Source of the DNA: a virus
Lineage: Duplodnaviria > Caudoviricetes
Length of the DNA stretch: 64,000 nucleotides
Reading direction: 5' to 3' (one strand)
Virus record (IMG/VR): IMGVR_UViG_2933814219_000003
Coordinates: 17,103-81,102 of that record
This document shows positions 27,704 to 36,305 of this stretch, in pieces. A program made the position numbers and the translations under genes. The number at the start of each line of letters is the position of its first letter. Positions within the stretch are counted from its first letter, which is position 1. Under the pieces are notes generated by a model. It did no database searches. It saw only the letters and a program-made list of their open reading frames with translations, and was not told where the DNA came from.

Positions 27704-28288
27704 CTACGTGCAGCGGCGGAACGGGTCGAGCCTGCCGCCGTCGATGTCGATCCAGAAGTGGGTGCGGCACACCGCGGAACAGGGCGCCTCAGGCAGGAGG
27801 TAGGGGTCGAAGGTCTCCCCCGTTTCCTGGGCGCCGGCCCGGATGTGGCTCATCAAGAACAACGCGTGGTTGAGGTCGTGTCCGTGGATCCGTGCGTGGT
27901 GGGCGAGGTGGTCATTGAGCCACATTTCCATCCGCCCGTCGACCGCGGCTTCTCGGTGAAGTACAGCCTGCCGCTCCCGAATCTGGTCGATGGTGATCGT
28001 TTGGTGGTCGTCGTACTTCTGGTGGCACCCAGGCGCGGTAACGCTCTTGTTGGAGCAGAGGTAGAGAACGTTGCCGGGGTGGTGGAACTCTCCCCGAAGC
28101 CATTCCTCGGTGATGCCCCCGTATTCGGCCACGTTCGTGGGCCAGTTACGGATGTGGGCTACGTCGCGTGGCTGCCGAATGGTTCCGCACATGGCGCAGC
28201 GGCCCCCGCTCAGCTCTCTCGCGAATCGGGCGAGGGAGGCTGGCAGCGGGGGCCGCGTTCTGCGTGCGGGCTGGATGGTGGCGGTCAT
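27704..28288 (-). CDS. HNH endonuclease-like protein
   Basis: CAMCG..DVAHI..GNVLYLC..CHQKYD; TACGGT 6 nt upstream of ATG. Confidence 0.7.
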   Translation of the reverse strand: MTATIQPARRTRPPLPASLARFARELSGGRCAMCGTIRQPRDVAHIRNWPTNVAEYGGITEEWLRGEFHHPGNVLYLCSNKSVTAPGCHQKYDDHQTITIDQIRERQAVLHREAAVDGRMEMWLNDHLAHHARIHGHDLNHALFLMSHIRAGAQETGETFDPYLLPEAPCSAVCRTHFWIDIDGGRLDPFRRCT

Positions 28289-28332
28289 GGGCTGACCGTA
28301 GAGGCGACCCCTGACAATCCCCGCCGGGCACG

Positions 28333-28818
28333 CTACTTCGGCAGCTGGTTGCGGGTGTTGGCGATGACGCCGCGGGTGGTGCTGGTGACGGTGCGCTCGT
28401 CGTGGTGGACGGTGCCGTGGAAGTGCTGCACCAGGGGCTGGGCGGTCTGGTTGGCGTCCTTGACCTTCGCAACGAGCCGGGCCACTGCGAGGGCTGCGAC
28501 GGCCGGCGAGCCGAAGATGATGCCGAGGGCCCACGGCTCGATCTGGCCGACGATCCACAGGGCGCCGCCGATCGGCAGGGACGCCACGGACACGGCCTTC
28601 AGGACCCCGCTCGCGTCGATCGCCCACTGCGACATCGGGGGCGGGCCGGGCTGCTGAACGGGCGGGGTGGGGCCGACCGCGGGGAGCGGGGTGGTGTCGC
28701 GGTACGAGGTGACCCGGCCGGCGAGGAGGGCTTCGTCGACCGCAGCCACCAACTGGTCGGCGTTGCGGCGGATGGTGGGGTCGGGCTGCCCGGCGACGGG
28801 CTGCTCGGGCAGCTGCAT
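28333..28818 (-). CDS. Two-TM membrane protein, Spd-like (plasmid spread)
   Basis: Pro-rich N-terminus, two hydrophobic segments; directly downstream of traB-like gene; AAGGAG RBS. Confidence 0.6.
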   Translation of the reverse strand: MQLPEQPVAGQPDPTIRRNADQLVAAVDEALLAGRVTSYRDTTPLPAVGPTPPVQQPGPPPMSQWAIDASGVLKAVSVASLPIGGALWIVGQIEPWALGIIFGSPAVAALAVARLVAKVKDANQTAQPLVQHFHGTVHHDERTVTSTTRGVIANTRNQLPK

Positions 28819-28864
28819 GAGAGGGCTCCTTCGGGACGGGGAGTTACGTAAAGTGACGAATCCG

Positions 28865-29050
28865 GGAAGCGATCAGTTTGTGATGGTTTAGGACGATACG
28901 GGAAGCCGGGCGGACCCCTGGCCGACAAAGAAACGTGCAGGTCAGTGCCAGGCAGAAGCCGGGCGCCTACTCTCCTGAGCTGGACGGGAGTGTCCGGCTC
29001 AGAAGCTCGATGCCCGACTTTGGAGCCGAACCGCCAGGGCCCTGACCTGC
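28865..29050. repeat. Candidate clt (cis-acting locus of transfer): imperfect 8-bp direct repeats
   Basis: GGAAGCGA 28865, GGAAGCCG 28901, AGAAGCCG 28954, AGAAGCTC 29001, TGGAGCCG 29021; non-coding gap immediately downstream of traB. Confidence 0.4.
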
Positions 29051-29083
29051 GAAAGGGCAGGGCCCGCCTGGGGTTTGGCTGGG

Positions 29084-31240
29084 CTATTCACCCATCCCGA
29101 ACCGGTCACGCACCGTTATCAGCACTCGGGATCGGGGGTAGCCGACCACCCTGCTCCCCAGCCACGGGCGCTTCGCCTTCTCGTCATCCGTGCGAACGAC
29201 CAGCCGGCCCAGGCTGTCAGCGGACAGAGCCGTACCGGCGTCAGCCAGGGCGTCCACGAGGACCGATCCCGGAAGCCACTCCGCGGGCTCCCCCTCGCCG
29301 TCCAGGTGCGCATCAAAGGTGTCCAGCAGGACGGCCAGCACTCGGGCGTCGTCATCGTCGACCGCACGCAGCTGGTCGGCCAGCGGCACCGAACCAGCGG
29401 GCAGCGTGCCCGCCTTGGCCCGCAGCTCGAAAGCCCGGCCAAGGATCAGGTCAACTTCGTCGTCGTCGTAGTAGTAGCCGCGGGTCAGCTCCGGTTCGGC
29501 ACCCTCGCCGTCCATGTAGATGCCGACACCGCGCTGCGACTTGAGGATGTCCTGGGCGTTGTGGCCAGCCGCCGCGTATCCCTGGCCGAGGATCGTGTCC
29601 GAGGCCTGCGGGGTCAGGCAGCGCATCGCCCACCGGATGGAGAGGATGTCACGGATCCCGGACGGCACCGAGTCCGCGTCCGGCTTCTGCGTGGCGCAGA
29701 GGGTGATGATGCCGAGCGCCCGGCCCTGCTGCACGATCAGCCGCAGCAGCCGTTCCATCTCCTCGCGAACCCTACGGTCGGCGGCGGCGCCGTAGGACGA
29801 CCACTCGTCGACGAGGAGCACTGCCAGGTTGACCCGCGGGTCCTTGGCCGCCATGGCCGCGGTCAGCTTCCGTGACCCGTGCTCCTTCGCGAGGGCGCGG
29901 CGCCGCGGGATCTCCACAGTCCAGATGTGCTCCAGGATCTCCAGCAGCCGCTCCGGTTCGCCGTCGGTGTCGTGCATGGCGGCGATCGGCTCGAACGGGG
30001 TGAGGTCCGCGCCGGCTTTCCCGTCGCACAGGTACAGAGCGACCGTCGGGTCGAGGGCTGCGGCGAGCAGTAGGTCGTTCGCGGCGGCGGACTTGCCCGC
30101 GCCAGGCTCTCCGCCGAACAGGCCGGACCGCTCGACCCAGGACGTGGACACTTCCTGGCCTCGCAGGTTGACGCCCATGGGGATGGCCCGCCACAGGTTG
30201 ATGCAGTTCAGGTCGAGAAGCGGGCCCGGATCGGGCTTGCCGGTGAACGGCAGGTGCAGTGAGACCCGCAGCTGCAGGCGGCCCTCGCGGTCGCCGGGCG
30301 CCTGGTGCAGCTGCTGCACCTTCACGCCGAGGGCGCTGGCCACACCGGTCTTTGCCGTCAGGGCCTTCTTCAGCGGGGTTCCGGACGGCAGGTCGAGCGT
30401 GACCTCCCACGCCTTGCCGTCGGCGGTCAGCGTGCACGGGGTTAGCAGCTCAACGACCTCGTCAGCGCCGATGACCTTCGCGTCCCGGTAGATCTTGTTC
30501 AGCATGCTGTCGGTCAGCTTGAGGGTGTCCCCGAACTTCACGTCGTGGTCGTGGTAGAGCTCGCCGCCGGCCGTGCGCCGGCCGATCAGGGCGAACGCAA
30601 GGAGCGCGGATCCGGTGGCGATGACACCGCCGGTGCCACCGATCAGGTAGATCCCAGCGCCCTCGGGCACTGCGACGGCTGCGGCGGCGAGCGCGCCGCG
30701 GGCCGCACGCCTCGTCCGGGCGTCCCGCTGGGCCGCCTTGTACCTGCTCATTGCGGTGACGGATCCAGCGAACGCCTTATCCATCTCGGCGCGCCGCTTG
30801 TACTTCTCCTTGCCGGGGATGAGCCTCCTTCCGTGGTGCCCCTTCGCCGTCTTGTAGTCGCCTTGGGCCTGCTGGACTTCACGCCGCGCGGTGGCGACCT
30901 GGACGCCTTCGGTGCCCTGGATCCAGAGGAACGTGCGGTGCATCCCGCGGAAGACCTGGGCGCCGTGCCCGTGCTCGGTGGACTGCCGGCGCACCCACCG
31001 GCGGAACGCCCGGACGGAGTTGACCTTCCCGACCTCAGCGCGGGTTCGCCATCCGGCGGGGGTACGCACCCACTCCGGCGTGAGGGGCATGTCGCCGAGG
31101 AGGTCCGGGCGGTTGACGGGAACGTCGGCCGTCTTCTGGAGGACGGGGCCGACGGGCTTCTCGGCCGGGGCCGCGGTGAGGTCGGCGACGAGCCGATCCC
31201 AGTTCGGGTCGGGAGTTGCGGGGGTGCGCTCGATGCTCAC
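29084..31240 (-). CDS. traB: FtsK/SpoIIIE-family DNA translocase, TraB-like conjugal transfer protein
   Basis: TM hairpin; Walker A GGEPGAGKS; LCDGKAG; Walker B LLVDE; GRALGI..ATQKP; C-terminal wHTH-like domain. Confidence 0.85.
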   Translation of the reverse strand: MSIERTPATPDPNWDRLVADLTAAPAEKPVGPVLQKTADVPVNRPDLLGDMPLTPEWVRTPAGWRTRAEVGKVNSVRAFRRWVRRQSTEHGHGAQVFRGMHRTFLWIQGTEGVQVATARREVQQAQGDYKTAKGHHGRRLIPGKEKYKRRAEMDKAFAGSVTAMSRYKAAQRDARTRRAARGALAAAAVAVPEGAGIYLIGGTGGVIATGSALLAFALIGRRTAGGELYHDHDVKFGDTLKLTDSMLNKIYRDAKVIGADEVVELLTPCTLTADGKAWEVTLDLPSGTPLKKALTAKTGVASALGVKVQQLHQAPGDREGRLQLRVSLHLPFTGKPDPGPLLDLNCINLWRAIPMGVNLRGQEVSTSWVERSGLFGGEPGAGKSAAANDLLLAAALDPTVALYLCDGKAGADLTPFEPIAAMHDTDGEPERLLEILEHIWTVEIPRRRALAKEHGSRKLTAAMAAKDPRVNLAVLLVDEWSSYGAAADRRVREEMERLLRLIVQQGRALGIITLCATQKPDADSVPSGIRDILSIRWAMRCLTPQASDTILGQGYAAAGHNAQDILKSQRGVGIYMDGEGAEPELTRGYYYDDDEVDLILGRAFELRAKAGTLPAGSVPLADQLRAVDDDDARVLAVLLDTFDAHLDGEGEPAEWLPGSVLVDALADAGTALSADSLGRLVVRTDDEKAKRPWLGSRVVGYPRSRVLITVRDRFGMGE

Positions 31241-32535
31241 TTCTGCTCCTCGGAGGGGGTCCGTTCGATGCGCGCCTGGTTACGTGCAAGGGGGCTGGGG
31301 GGCGGCGTGTCACCGGCCCGGCGACGGGGCGGGATGCCCCCGTTTCCGCGGCGCCCGTCGGGGGCCTTCGGGTCCTTCTTCGGCTTAGGGGGTCGATGGG
31401 AATTGATCAGCGAAAACTCTCCGAAAACCGGGGTCTTCGTAGCGGCCTGCATCCGAGCCTCTGCACCCCGTGACTGCGCCTCGATTTCGGGGGTAATCCC
31501 GACGGTCTTCGAGCCCGTGACACGGCCCCACGCCTCGGTCCAGATCTGCTCGGTGACGTACTGCGAACCGCGGGCGGACCGGATCGCTTCGGCGACCTCC
31601 CACACCTTCGGATGGCCGTCCTTTCGGTCGGCGTCGCGCCGCTTCTGTTCCTCCTTCGCGCGGGCCTCCGTGATCTGCCGGTCCGCTTCCGCGGCGAGCT
31701 CCGCGTCGCGCTGTACCTGCTGCTCCTTCTTGAGCGCGGCAGCCGCCTCGGACTGGGCCCGCGCTACGGCCCGGCGTTCCCTCCAGGAAGGGATGCCGTC
31801 GGCCTTCTGCGCCATGCCGTGCTCGTAGGCCATGAGGACGAGCGGCCCACCAAGGGATGCGATGGCGCCGATGAGGCCGGCGTTCAGGCCGATGCGATCA
31901 TCGGAGATCCCGCCGTGAAGGTTGACGACGGCGGCAACGACGGCGCCGACCATGATCCCGATGCGGTAGGGGGCGACGTCTCGCCGGTTGGCGACCGCCC
32001 ATGCGGCACCGAACGCGAGGACGAGAGCGAACCCTTCGAGGAGGGCGGGGGCTGCAACGAGGAAGGGTCGCTTGGGGTCCCAGAAGTGCATGAACTGAAC
32101 CGGCCCGGCGATGATCATGCCGACGGCGTAGATGGCGCGGGCGCCCCACTTCCACCAGTGCTCCGACCGCTGCTGCTCGACCTCCCGCTTGGCCTCGGCG
32201 GCTTCACGGTCGGCTTCGGCCTTCTCCGCTTTCTGCTTCTCGGCGTTTGCCCTGGCGGTCTCGGCGGCCTTCTTCGCGACGTAGGCGTCGTGGTCGACCT
32301 GTTTGCGTTCCTGCGTGAGTCGGGCCCGCTCGTTGGCGAGGCGCAGCTTTTCGGCTTCCTCAGCTGCAAGGGTGCGGGCCGCGTCGGCTTCGCCCTTGGC
32401 CTTGAGCTTGAGGGCTTCGGCTTCGGCTTCGGCTCTGGCGCGAACGGCGTCCGCCTCGGCAAGCGCAACCGGGTCGAACCGGGGCTCGGAGGTGGGGCGC
32501 TTGTGGCCGTTCACCTGGGGCGGGCTGGTCGTCAC
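31237..32535 (-). CDS. SpdB2/DUF2637-like multi-TM coiled-coil protein
   Basis: Coiled coil, four TM segments, coiled coil; GTGA-coupled to traB. Confidence 0.65.
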   Translation of the reverse strand: MTTSPPQVNGHKRPTSEPRFDPVALAEADAVRARAEAEAEALKLKAKGEADAARTLAAEEAEKLRLANERARLTQERKQVDHDAYVAKKAAETARANAEKQKAEKAEADREAAEAKREVEQQRSEHWWKWGARAIYAVGMIIAGPVQFMHFWDPKRPFLVAAPALLEGFALVLAFGAAWAVANRRDVAPYRIGIMVGAVVAAVVNLHGGISDDRIGLNAGLIGAIASLGGPLVLMAYEHGMAQKADGIPSWRERRAVARAQSEAAAALKKEQQVQRDAELAAEADRQITEARAKEEQKRRDADRKDGHPKVWEVAEAIRSARGSQYVTEQIWTEAWGRVTGSKTVGITPEIEAQSRGAEARMQAATKTPVFGEFSLINSHRPPKPKKDPKAPDGRRGNGGIPPRRRAGDTPPPSPLARNQARIERTPSEEQK

Positions 32536-32563
32536 GGCGAGAGTTCCTTTCAGGTGGGGGCGG

Positions 32564-32758
32564 TCAGATGCGGGCGGTGGCGGGGTTCTTGCCGCGCAGG
32601 TGGGCAATGGTGGCGACACCGAGCCCGAAACCGATGAGGACCGGCTGGGCGGCAACGAACTGCACGGTCGCGGCGACGGTGGTGGCGACCGTCTGGGCCA
32701 GTCCCGGGAACAGGACCAGCAGTGCGAGGGTGAGCAGGATCCAAAGCAGGATTTTCAC
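32564..32758 (-). CDS. Small hydrophobic Spd-like membrane protein
   Basis: MKILLWILLTLALLVLFPG..; 64 aa, two TM segments. Confidence 0.7.
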   Translation of the reverse strand: MKILLWILLTLALLVLFPGLAQTVATTVAATVQFVAAQPVLIGFGLGVATIAHLRGKNPATARI

Positions 32759-32802
32759 GGTTCGGCCCTTCCTGGGCTCGGTGGTGAGTGAGGGTCGGTC
32801 GG

Positions 32803-32862
32803 TGGCGCCCCGGGCCGGAGTCGAACCGGTCTCCCACCCCCTCGGTCCTCGGGTGGCGGGGC
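32803..32862 (-). ncRNA. Mini tRNA-like element 1 (acceptor stem + one hairpin + T-arm + GCCA)
   Basis: Minus strand GCCCCG-CCACCC-GAGGACCGAGG-GGGTGG-GAGA-CCGG-TTCGACT-CCGG-CC-CGGGGC-G-CCA. Confidence 0.55.
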
Positions 32863-32870
32863 TGTGGCGG

Positions 32871-33047
32871 TCAGTTGCAGCAGTCGCACTTCGGGTCGGT
32901 GCACTTCTCGACGCGGCCGAGGCCAAGGGCCCCGGTCACCTTGTTGGCGACCTCCCCGCCCCGGTCTCCGGCAACGGTCCTGCCGACGACTTGGGCACTG
33001 CGGGTGGCGACCTCGGCGGCACTGGTCTTGCGGTTGAACAGACCCAT
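32871..33047 (-). CDS. Small protein MGLFNR paralog B (58 aa, Cys-rich tail)
   Basis: MGLFNRKTSAAEVA...CTDPKCDCCN; AAGGAGG RBS; not in ORF track. Confidence 0.7.
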   Translation of the reverse strand: MGLFNRKTSAAEVATRSAQVVGRTVAGDRGGEVANKVTGALGLGRVEKCTDPKCDCCN

Positions 33048-33076
33048 GGGGCCCTCCTTGTGGTGGTTGATGCGGG

Positions 33077-33127
33077 GAGCGCCCCGGGCCGGAGTCGATC
33101 CGGCAGCCTCACGCCGTGATCCGGGGC
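33077..33127 (-). ncRNA. Mini tRNA-like element 2
   Basis: Minus strand GCCCCGG-A-TCAC-GGC-GTGA-GGCT-GCCGG-ATCGACT-CCGGC-CCGGGGC-G-CTC: perfect 7-bp acceptor and 5-bp T stem. Confidence 0.55.
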
Positions 33128-33133
33128 GGTGGC

Positions 33134-33382
33134 TCAGCGGTTCAGCCAGCCGGCGCGGCGACTGTCGCCGTCCGCGGCAACGACCCGCTCGACGTAGTCC
33201 GCGACCTCCTGGCCGCGGGCGTTGCAGCCCTTGCTGGTCAGCGCCGCCGCGAGGGTCCCGGTCCGGAACGTGGCCGCGGCCTCCTCGTCACCGCCCCTGA
33301 CGGCGGTGCGGATGTCCTTGGTGAGTGCGGCGTGACCGGTGACCTCGGCCGCGGTGTCGGTGATCCGGTTGAACAAGCCCAT
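33134..33382 (-). CDS. Small protein MGLFNR paralog A
   Basis: MGLFNRITDTAAEVT..; AAGGAG RBS. Confidence 0.7.
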   Translation of the reverse strand: MGLFNRITDTAAEVTGHAALTKDIRTAVRGGDEEAAATFRTGTLAAALTSKGCNARGQEVADYVERVVAADGDSRRAGWLNR

Positions 33383-33413
33383 GACGCTCTCCTTCGGGTT
33401 GGGGGGTTGGTGG

Positions 33414-33632
33414 CTACCGGGCGGTCTCGGCGGCGACGACGGCGGCGGCCTTGGCGATCTCGGCGTAGACGGTGGCGAGGCCGCTGTAAGCGGTGATCGC
33501 CGGGCCGTTGTCCCGGAGGCTGCACGCGGTGTCGTGGGCGGCGAGCCGGCCAGCCCTGTCGGCGTACACCACGGCCTTGGCCAGGGCCTCGGCGGCGATC
33601 TCCTGCGGACGGGCCTCGGTCTGCGTGGCCAT
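33414..33632 (-). CDS. Small Ala-rich protein
   Basis: MATQTEARPQ..; GAGGAG RBS. Confidence 0.65.
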   Translation of the reverse strand: MATQTEARPQEIAAEALAKAVVYADRAGRLAAHDTACSLRDNGPAITAYSGLATVYAEIAKAAAVVAAETAR

Positions 33633-33726
33633 GGGGTTCTCCTCGGTGGGTGTTGGGTCCGGGTGGTTCCCGGGCCACTCCGCCGCCACCAGCCGTGGGG
33701 CTGGGGACGACAGGGCAGCCCGGGGG

Positions 33727-34020
33727 TCAGGCCGCGGCCGGGGTCGACAGGCCGTCCAGCTCGTCGAGCAGGCGGGGCCCGAACGGCTGCCCGGCGTCGT
33801 GCTCGGCGGCCAGGGTCCGCAGCCAGTGCTGGATGCCGTAGTCGCCGCGGGCCGCGACGTACCGGGTGACGATCTCCCCCGGCGACAGGCCCTCCGCCTC
33901 CTCCCACGTCACCACCACGTCGGAGGTCAGGAGCGCGGCCCGCAAGTTGTGGATCTCAGCGGACACAGCGGCGAGGTCGCCGGAGAACAGATCGGTCACG
34001 GACGAAACGAACGGAGACAT
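33727..34020 (-). CDS. Hypothetical protein
   Basis: MSPFVSSV..; GAAGGG RBS. Confidence 0.6.
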   Translation of the reverse strand: MSPFVSSVTDLFSGDLAAVSAEIHNLRAALLTSDVVVTWEEAEGLSPGEIVTRYVAARGDYGIQHWLRTLAAEHDAGQPFGPRLLDELDGLSTPAAA

Positions 34021-34082
34021 GGGGGTGCCCTTCGAGTGGGTGGTGGGGTGGTTCGGTGGCGTTGCGGACGGTGCGATGGGGG

Positions 34083-34400
34083 CTATGCGCTCGTGCGGGC
34101 GGCCAGGATCGGGTCGAGGGTTTGCCGCATCCACATGCGGTACCGCTCGCCCGTCAAATCGCTCCGGGTGGCCTTGGTGACGTTGCCCGCCTCGTGCACG
34201 AGGTTCTCGCTGTCGCGGTCGTCCTCGTCGAGGGTCTCGGCCGCTTCCTCCAGGACCCGCTCAAAGGCCTCGGCGGGCGGCATGTCCTCGTAGCTGTCGG
34301 CGAAGAGGCCGAACGCGTCAATCACCCGGGGCATGTACGTGGCGACCAAGGTGTCGAAGGAAGCCTCGGGATTGTTCAGGGGCTTCTCGGGGACGTTCAT
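34083..34400 (-). CDS. Acidic hypothetical protein
   Basis: MNVPEKPL..; GGGAG RBS. Confidence 0.6.
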   Translation of the reverse strand: MNVPEKPLNNPEASFDTLVATYMPRVIDAFGLFADSYEDMPPAEAFERVLEEAAETLDEDDRDSENLVHEAGNVTKATRSDLTGERYRMWMRQTLDPILAARTSA

Positions 34401-34474
34401 CAGGGCTCCCATCAGGTCGAGTGGAAGGCCGCTCCCGCCCGGGACGGGGGTCGGACACCGGGCAGAAGCGGCGG

Positions 34475-34615
34475 TCAGTGGGTGGTGCGCTTCGCCTTCT
34501 CGGCGGCCTCACGGCGGGCCCTCACGGACTCGATGTCCTCCGCGTCCCGCCGGATACGGTCCAAACGGAGGCGGAGGTCACGGTCAGCGGGACACAGGTC
34601 AGCAGACCCGAACAC
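34475..34615 (-). CDS. Small 46-aa ORF
   Basis: MFGSADLCPADRDLRLRLDRIRRDAEDIES..; fills the gap in the operon. Confidence 0.4.
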   Translation of the reverse strand: MFGSADLCPADRDLRLRLDRIRRDAEDIESVRARREAAEKAKRTTH

Positions 34616-34621
34616 GGCCGG

Positions 34622-34858
34622 TCACCAGCCGCGCTTGGCGCGTTCGACCTGGCGGGCCTTCCCGACCATCACGTCGAGACAACCACCCGGAAGGTCAATC
34701 ACACCGTCGAAGTCGGCCAGGGTCACGCCGTGGTCGGCGGCAGCGGCGAGAAGCGCTTCAAGCAGAGAAACCGCCTCCGCAATAACCACCGGGCCGGCCG
34801 GGGTGCCGTACCGGTGGACGGCGGCCACACGCTCAGCCGACGTACCGGGGATCGACAT
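34622..34858 (-). CDS. Hypothetical protein
   Basis: MSIPGTSAERV..DFDGVIDLPGGCLD.. Confidence 0.6.
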   Translation of the reverse strand: MSIPGTSAERVAAVHRYGTPAGPVVIAEAVSLLEALLAAAADHGVTLADFDGVIDLPGGCLDVMVGKARQVERAKRGW

Positions 34859-34860
34859 GG

Positions 34861-35028
34861 TCACCACCCCCGCTGCGCAATGAACCGGCGGCGAGCAGCC
34901 GGATCCGCGGGCGGCGTCGGAGAGTCCTGGGAGACCTGCGCCGGGCGGCGAACGTAAGACGCCTTCTCGTGGGCCAGGTCGTCCGCAGCAGACATCGGGG
35001 CGGACGGCGGGGTGATCGACGGGGTCAT
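34861..35028 (-). CDS. Small 55-aa ORF
   Basis: MTPSITPPSAP..RGW*; ATGA-coupled to upstream HTH gene. Confidence 0.5.
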   Translation of the reverse strand: MTPSITPPSAPMSAADDLAHEKASYVRRPAQVSQDSPTPPADPAARRRFIAQRGW

Positions 35029-35276
35029 GCCGCCACCTCGCTCGGGGAGGTCGGGTCGCTGGGCGTCGCGAGGAACTCGACGACAGCCGTGCGGGGAATG
35101 GTGGTGAGGGTGCGGCGAATCTGCCCGCTCCCCCGACTGGTCGAGCGAATGCGGCCGGTCTTGACCGCTCGGTAGACCGTCGCCGGGTGGACGCCGATGA
35201 GAGCGGCCACCTCAGGGACGGTGAGGGAGTCCTGAAGGTCGTCGAGCACTGCATCGAGTGCGTCGCGGGGAGACAT
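35025..35276 (-). CDS. Excisionase-like HTH (HTH_17) protein
   Basis: LTVPEVAALIGVHPATVYRAVKTGRI..IPRTAV; first gene of the transfer operon. Confidence 0.8.
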   Translation of the reverse strand: MSPRDALDAVLDDLQDSLTVPEVAALIGVHPATVYRAVKTGRIRSTSRGSGQIRRTLTTIPRTAVVEFLATPSDPTSPSEVAA

Positions 35277-35318
35277 GTGCGGTCCTCCGGATTCGGGCAG
35301 GGGCGGGGAAGGTCATTT

Positions 35319-35382
35319 CCACTTGGCTATGCAAGTGGCGACACCCCTGACGATAGGCCGAATCCACTTGGCTATGCAAGTG
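35319..35382 (-). promoter_or_regulatory. Transfer-operon promoter with two GntR-type operators
   Basis: CCACTTGGCTATGCAAGTG at 35319 and 35364; minus-strand TTGCAT-18-TATCGT overlaps the upstream copy. Confidence 0.85.
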
Positions 35383-35419
35383 CCGCGACTGTTTTACCTT
35401 CGAGCGAGTCGCCGGGCAC

Positions 35420-35453
35420 AAAAGAACGCCCCCACCGGGAAGGTGGGGGCGTT
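35420..35453 (-). terminator. Intrinsic terminator of the GntR gene
   Basis: 12-bp stem AACGCCCCCACC/GGTGGGGGCGTT followed by CTTTT on the minus strand. Confidence 0.8.
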
Positions 35454-35474
35454 GGCGGTGCGGGCGATGCGGGG

Positions 35475-36251
35475 CTACACATCGATCACGTAGCGGAAGG
35501 CATGCCGGTCGCAGGGGACGATGGAATCGAGCACCTCGATGGCGTCGCCGGCCGAGTCGTAAGCCGTGCGCAGCACCCTGGCCACCGGCACACCGTCGGG
35601 GATGTCGAGCTGATCCACCTCGTGCGGATATGGCATCCGAACGTCGAGATCCTCGATGAACTGAACGATGCGGCGGCCGATCGGCCCGTCTGGATCTTCG
35701 ACGTAGGCGTTGGCGCCGCCCTTGATCAGTCGGGCTTCCGCAAGTCGCGTGCCGCCAGCGACCTTTGCGTCGTAGTAGCAGTCGACCAGCTGCATCGGGG
35801 TGTCGTCCGTGACGAACAGGAACCGCCGCGCCACGACCGGGGCCCCGGCTTCGATCCCCAGCAGTTGAGCGACGCGCTCGGGGGCGGCCGTCTCGACTAC
35901 TTCCCGGATGACCTGCTTCGGCTTCTGCCCCTGGGCTTCAGCTTCCGCGTTGAAGTTCGACTTCCCTGTGCCTCGGCGGGCGCGGTAGATGCTGCCCGTC
36001 TGCCTCAGATTGACGTGCGGGCGCTCACGAACGAACGCCCCCTTGCCTTGCTTCGAGGTGATGAGCCCTTCGGCCCGCAGCAGAGCGATGCCCTTGCGGA
36101 CCGTGGTCCGGGTCACGCCAAAGCGATCCTTCAGCTCGTTCTCGGACGAGAGCTGGTCGCCGGGCGCGAGGTCGCCTCGGAGGATCTCGGTGCGCAGTTC
36201 GTTGGCCACCCTCTTGAAGGGGTGCTCGTGTGCGGGGTTTGGTGACATCAC
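35475..36251 (-). CDS. GntR/HutC-family (wHTH + UTRA) repressor, KorSA/TraR-like
   Basis: PGDQLSSENEL..FGVTRTTVR..GKGAFV plus UTRA domain; next to the transfer operon. Confidence 0.9.
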   Translation of the reverse strand: MMSPNPAHEHPFKRVANELRTEILRGDLAPGDQLSSENELKDRFGVTRTTVRKGIALLRAEGLITSKQGKGAFVRERPHVNLRQTGSIYRARRGTGKSNFNAEAEAQGQKPKQVIREVVETAAPERVAQLLGIEAGAPVVARRFLFVTDDTPMQLVDCYYDAKVAGGTRLAEARLIKGGANAYVEDPDGPIGRRIVQFIEDLDVRMPYPHEVDQLDIPDGVPVARVLRTAYDSAGDAIEVLDSIVPCDRHAFRYVIDV

Positions 36252-36305
36252 GCTCCTGTCGAGTGGGTACTCAAGTCAGCGTAAGGCCACAGGTCGCAAA
36301 CGCGC

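Noticed and set aside
32803-33127. Canonical tRNA genes or attP site
   Set aside because: Only 51-60 nt, no D-arm and no 7-nt anticodon loop; no integrase nearby. Kept as tRNA-like elements instead.
33655-34472. Other intergenic hairpins ending near CCA (33665-33724, 34422-34472) as more tRNA-like elements
   Set aside because: They are simple long stems without a TTCGA T-loop; they could still be processing sites but the support is weak.
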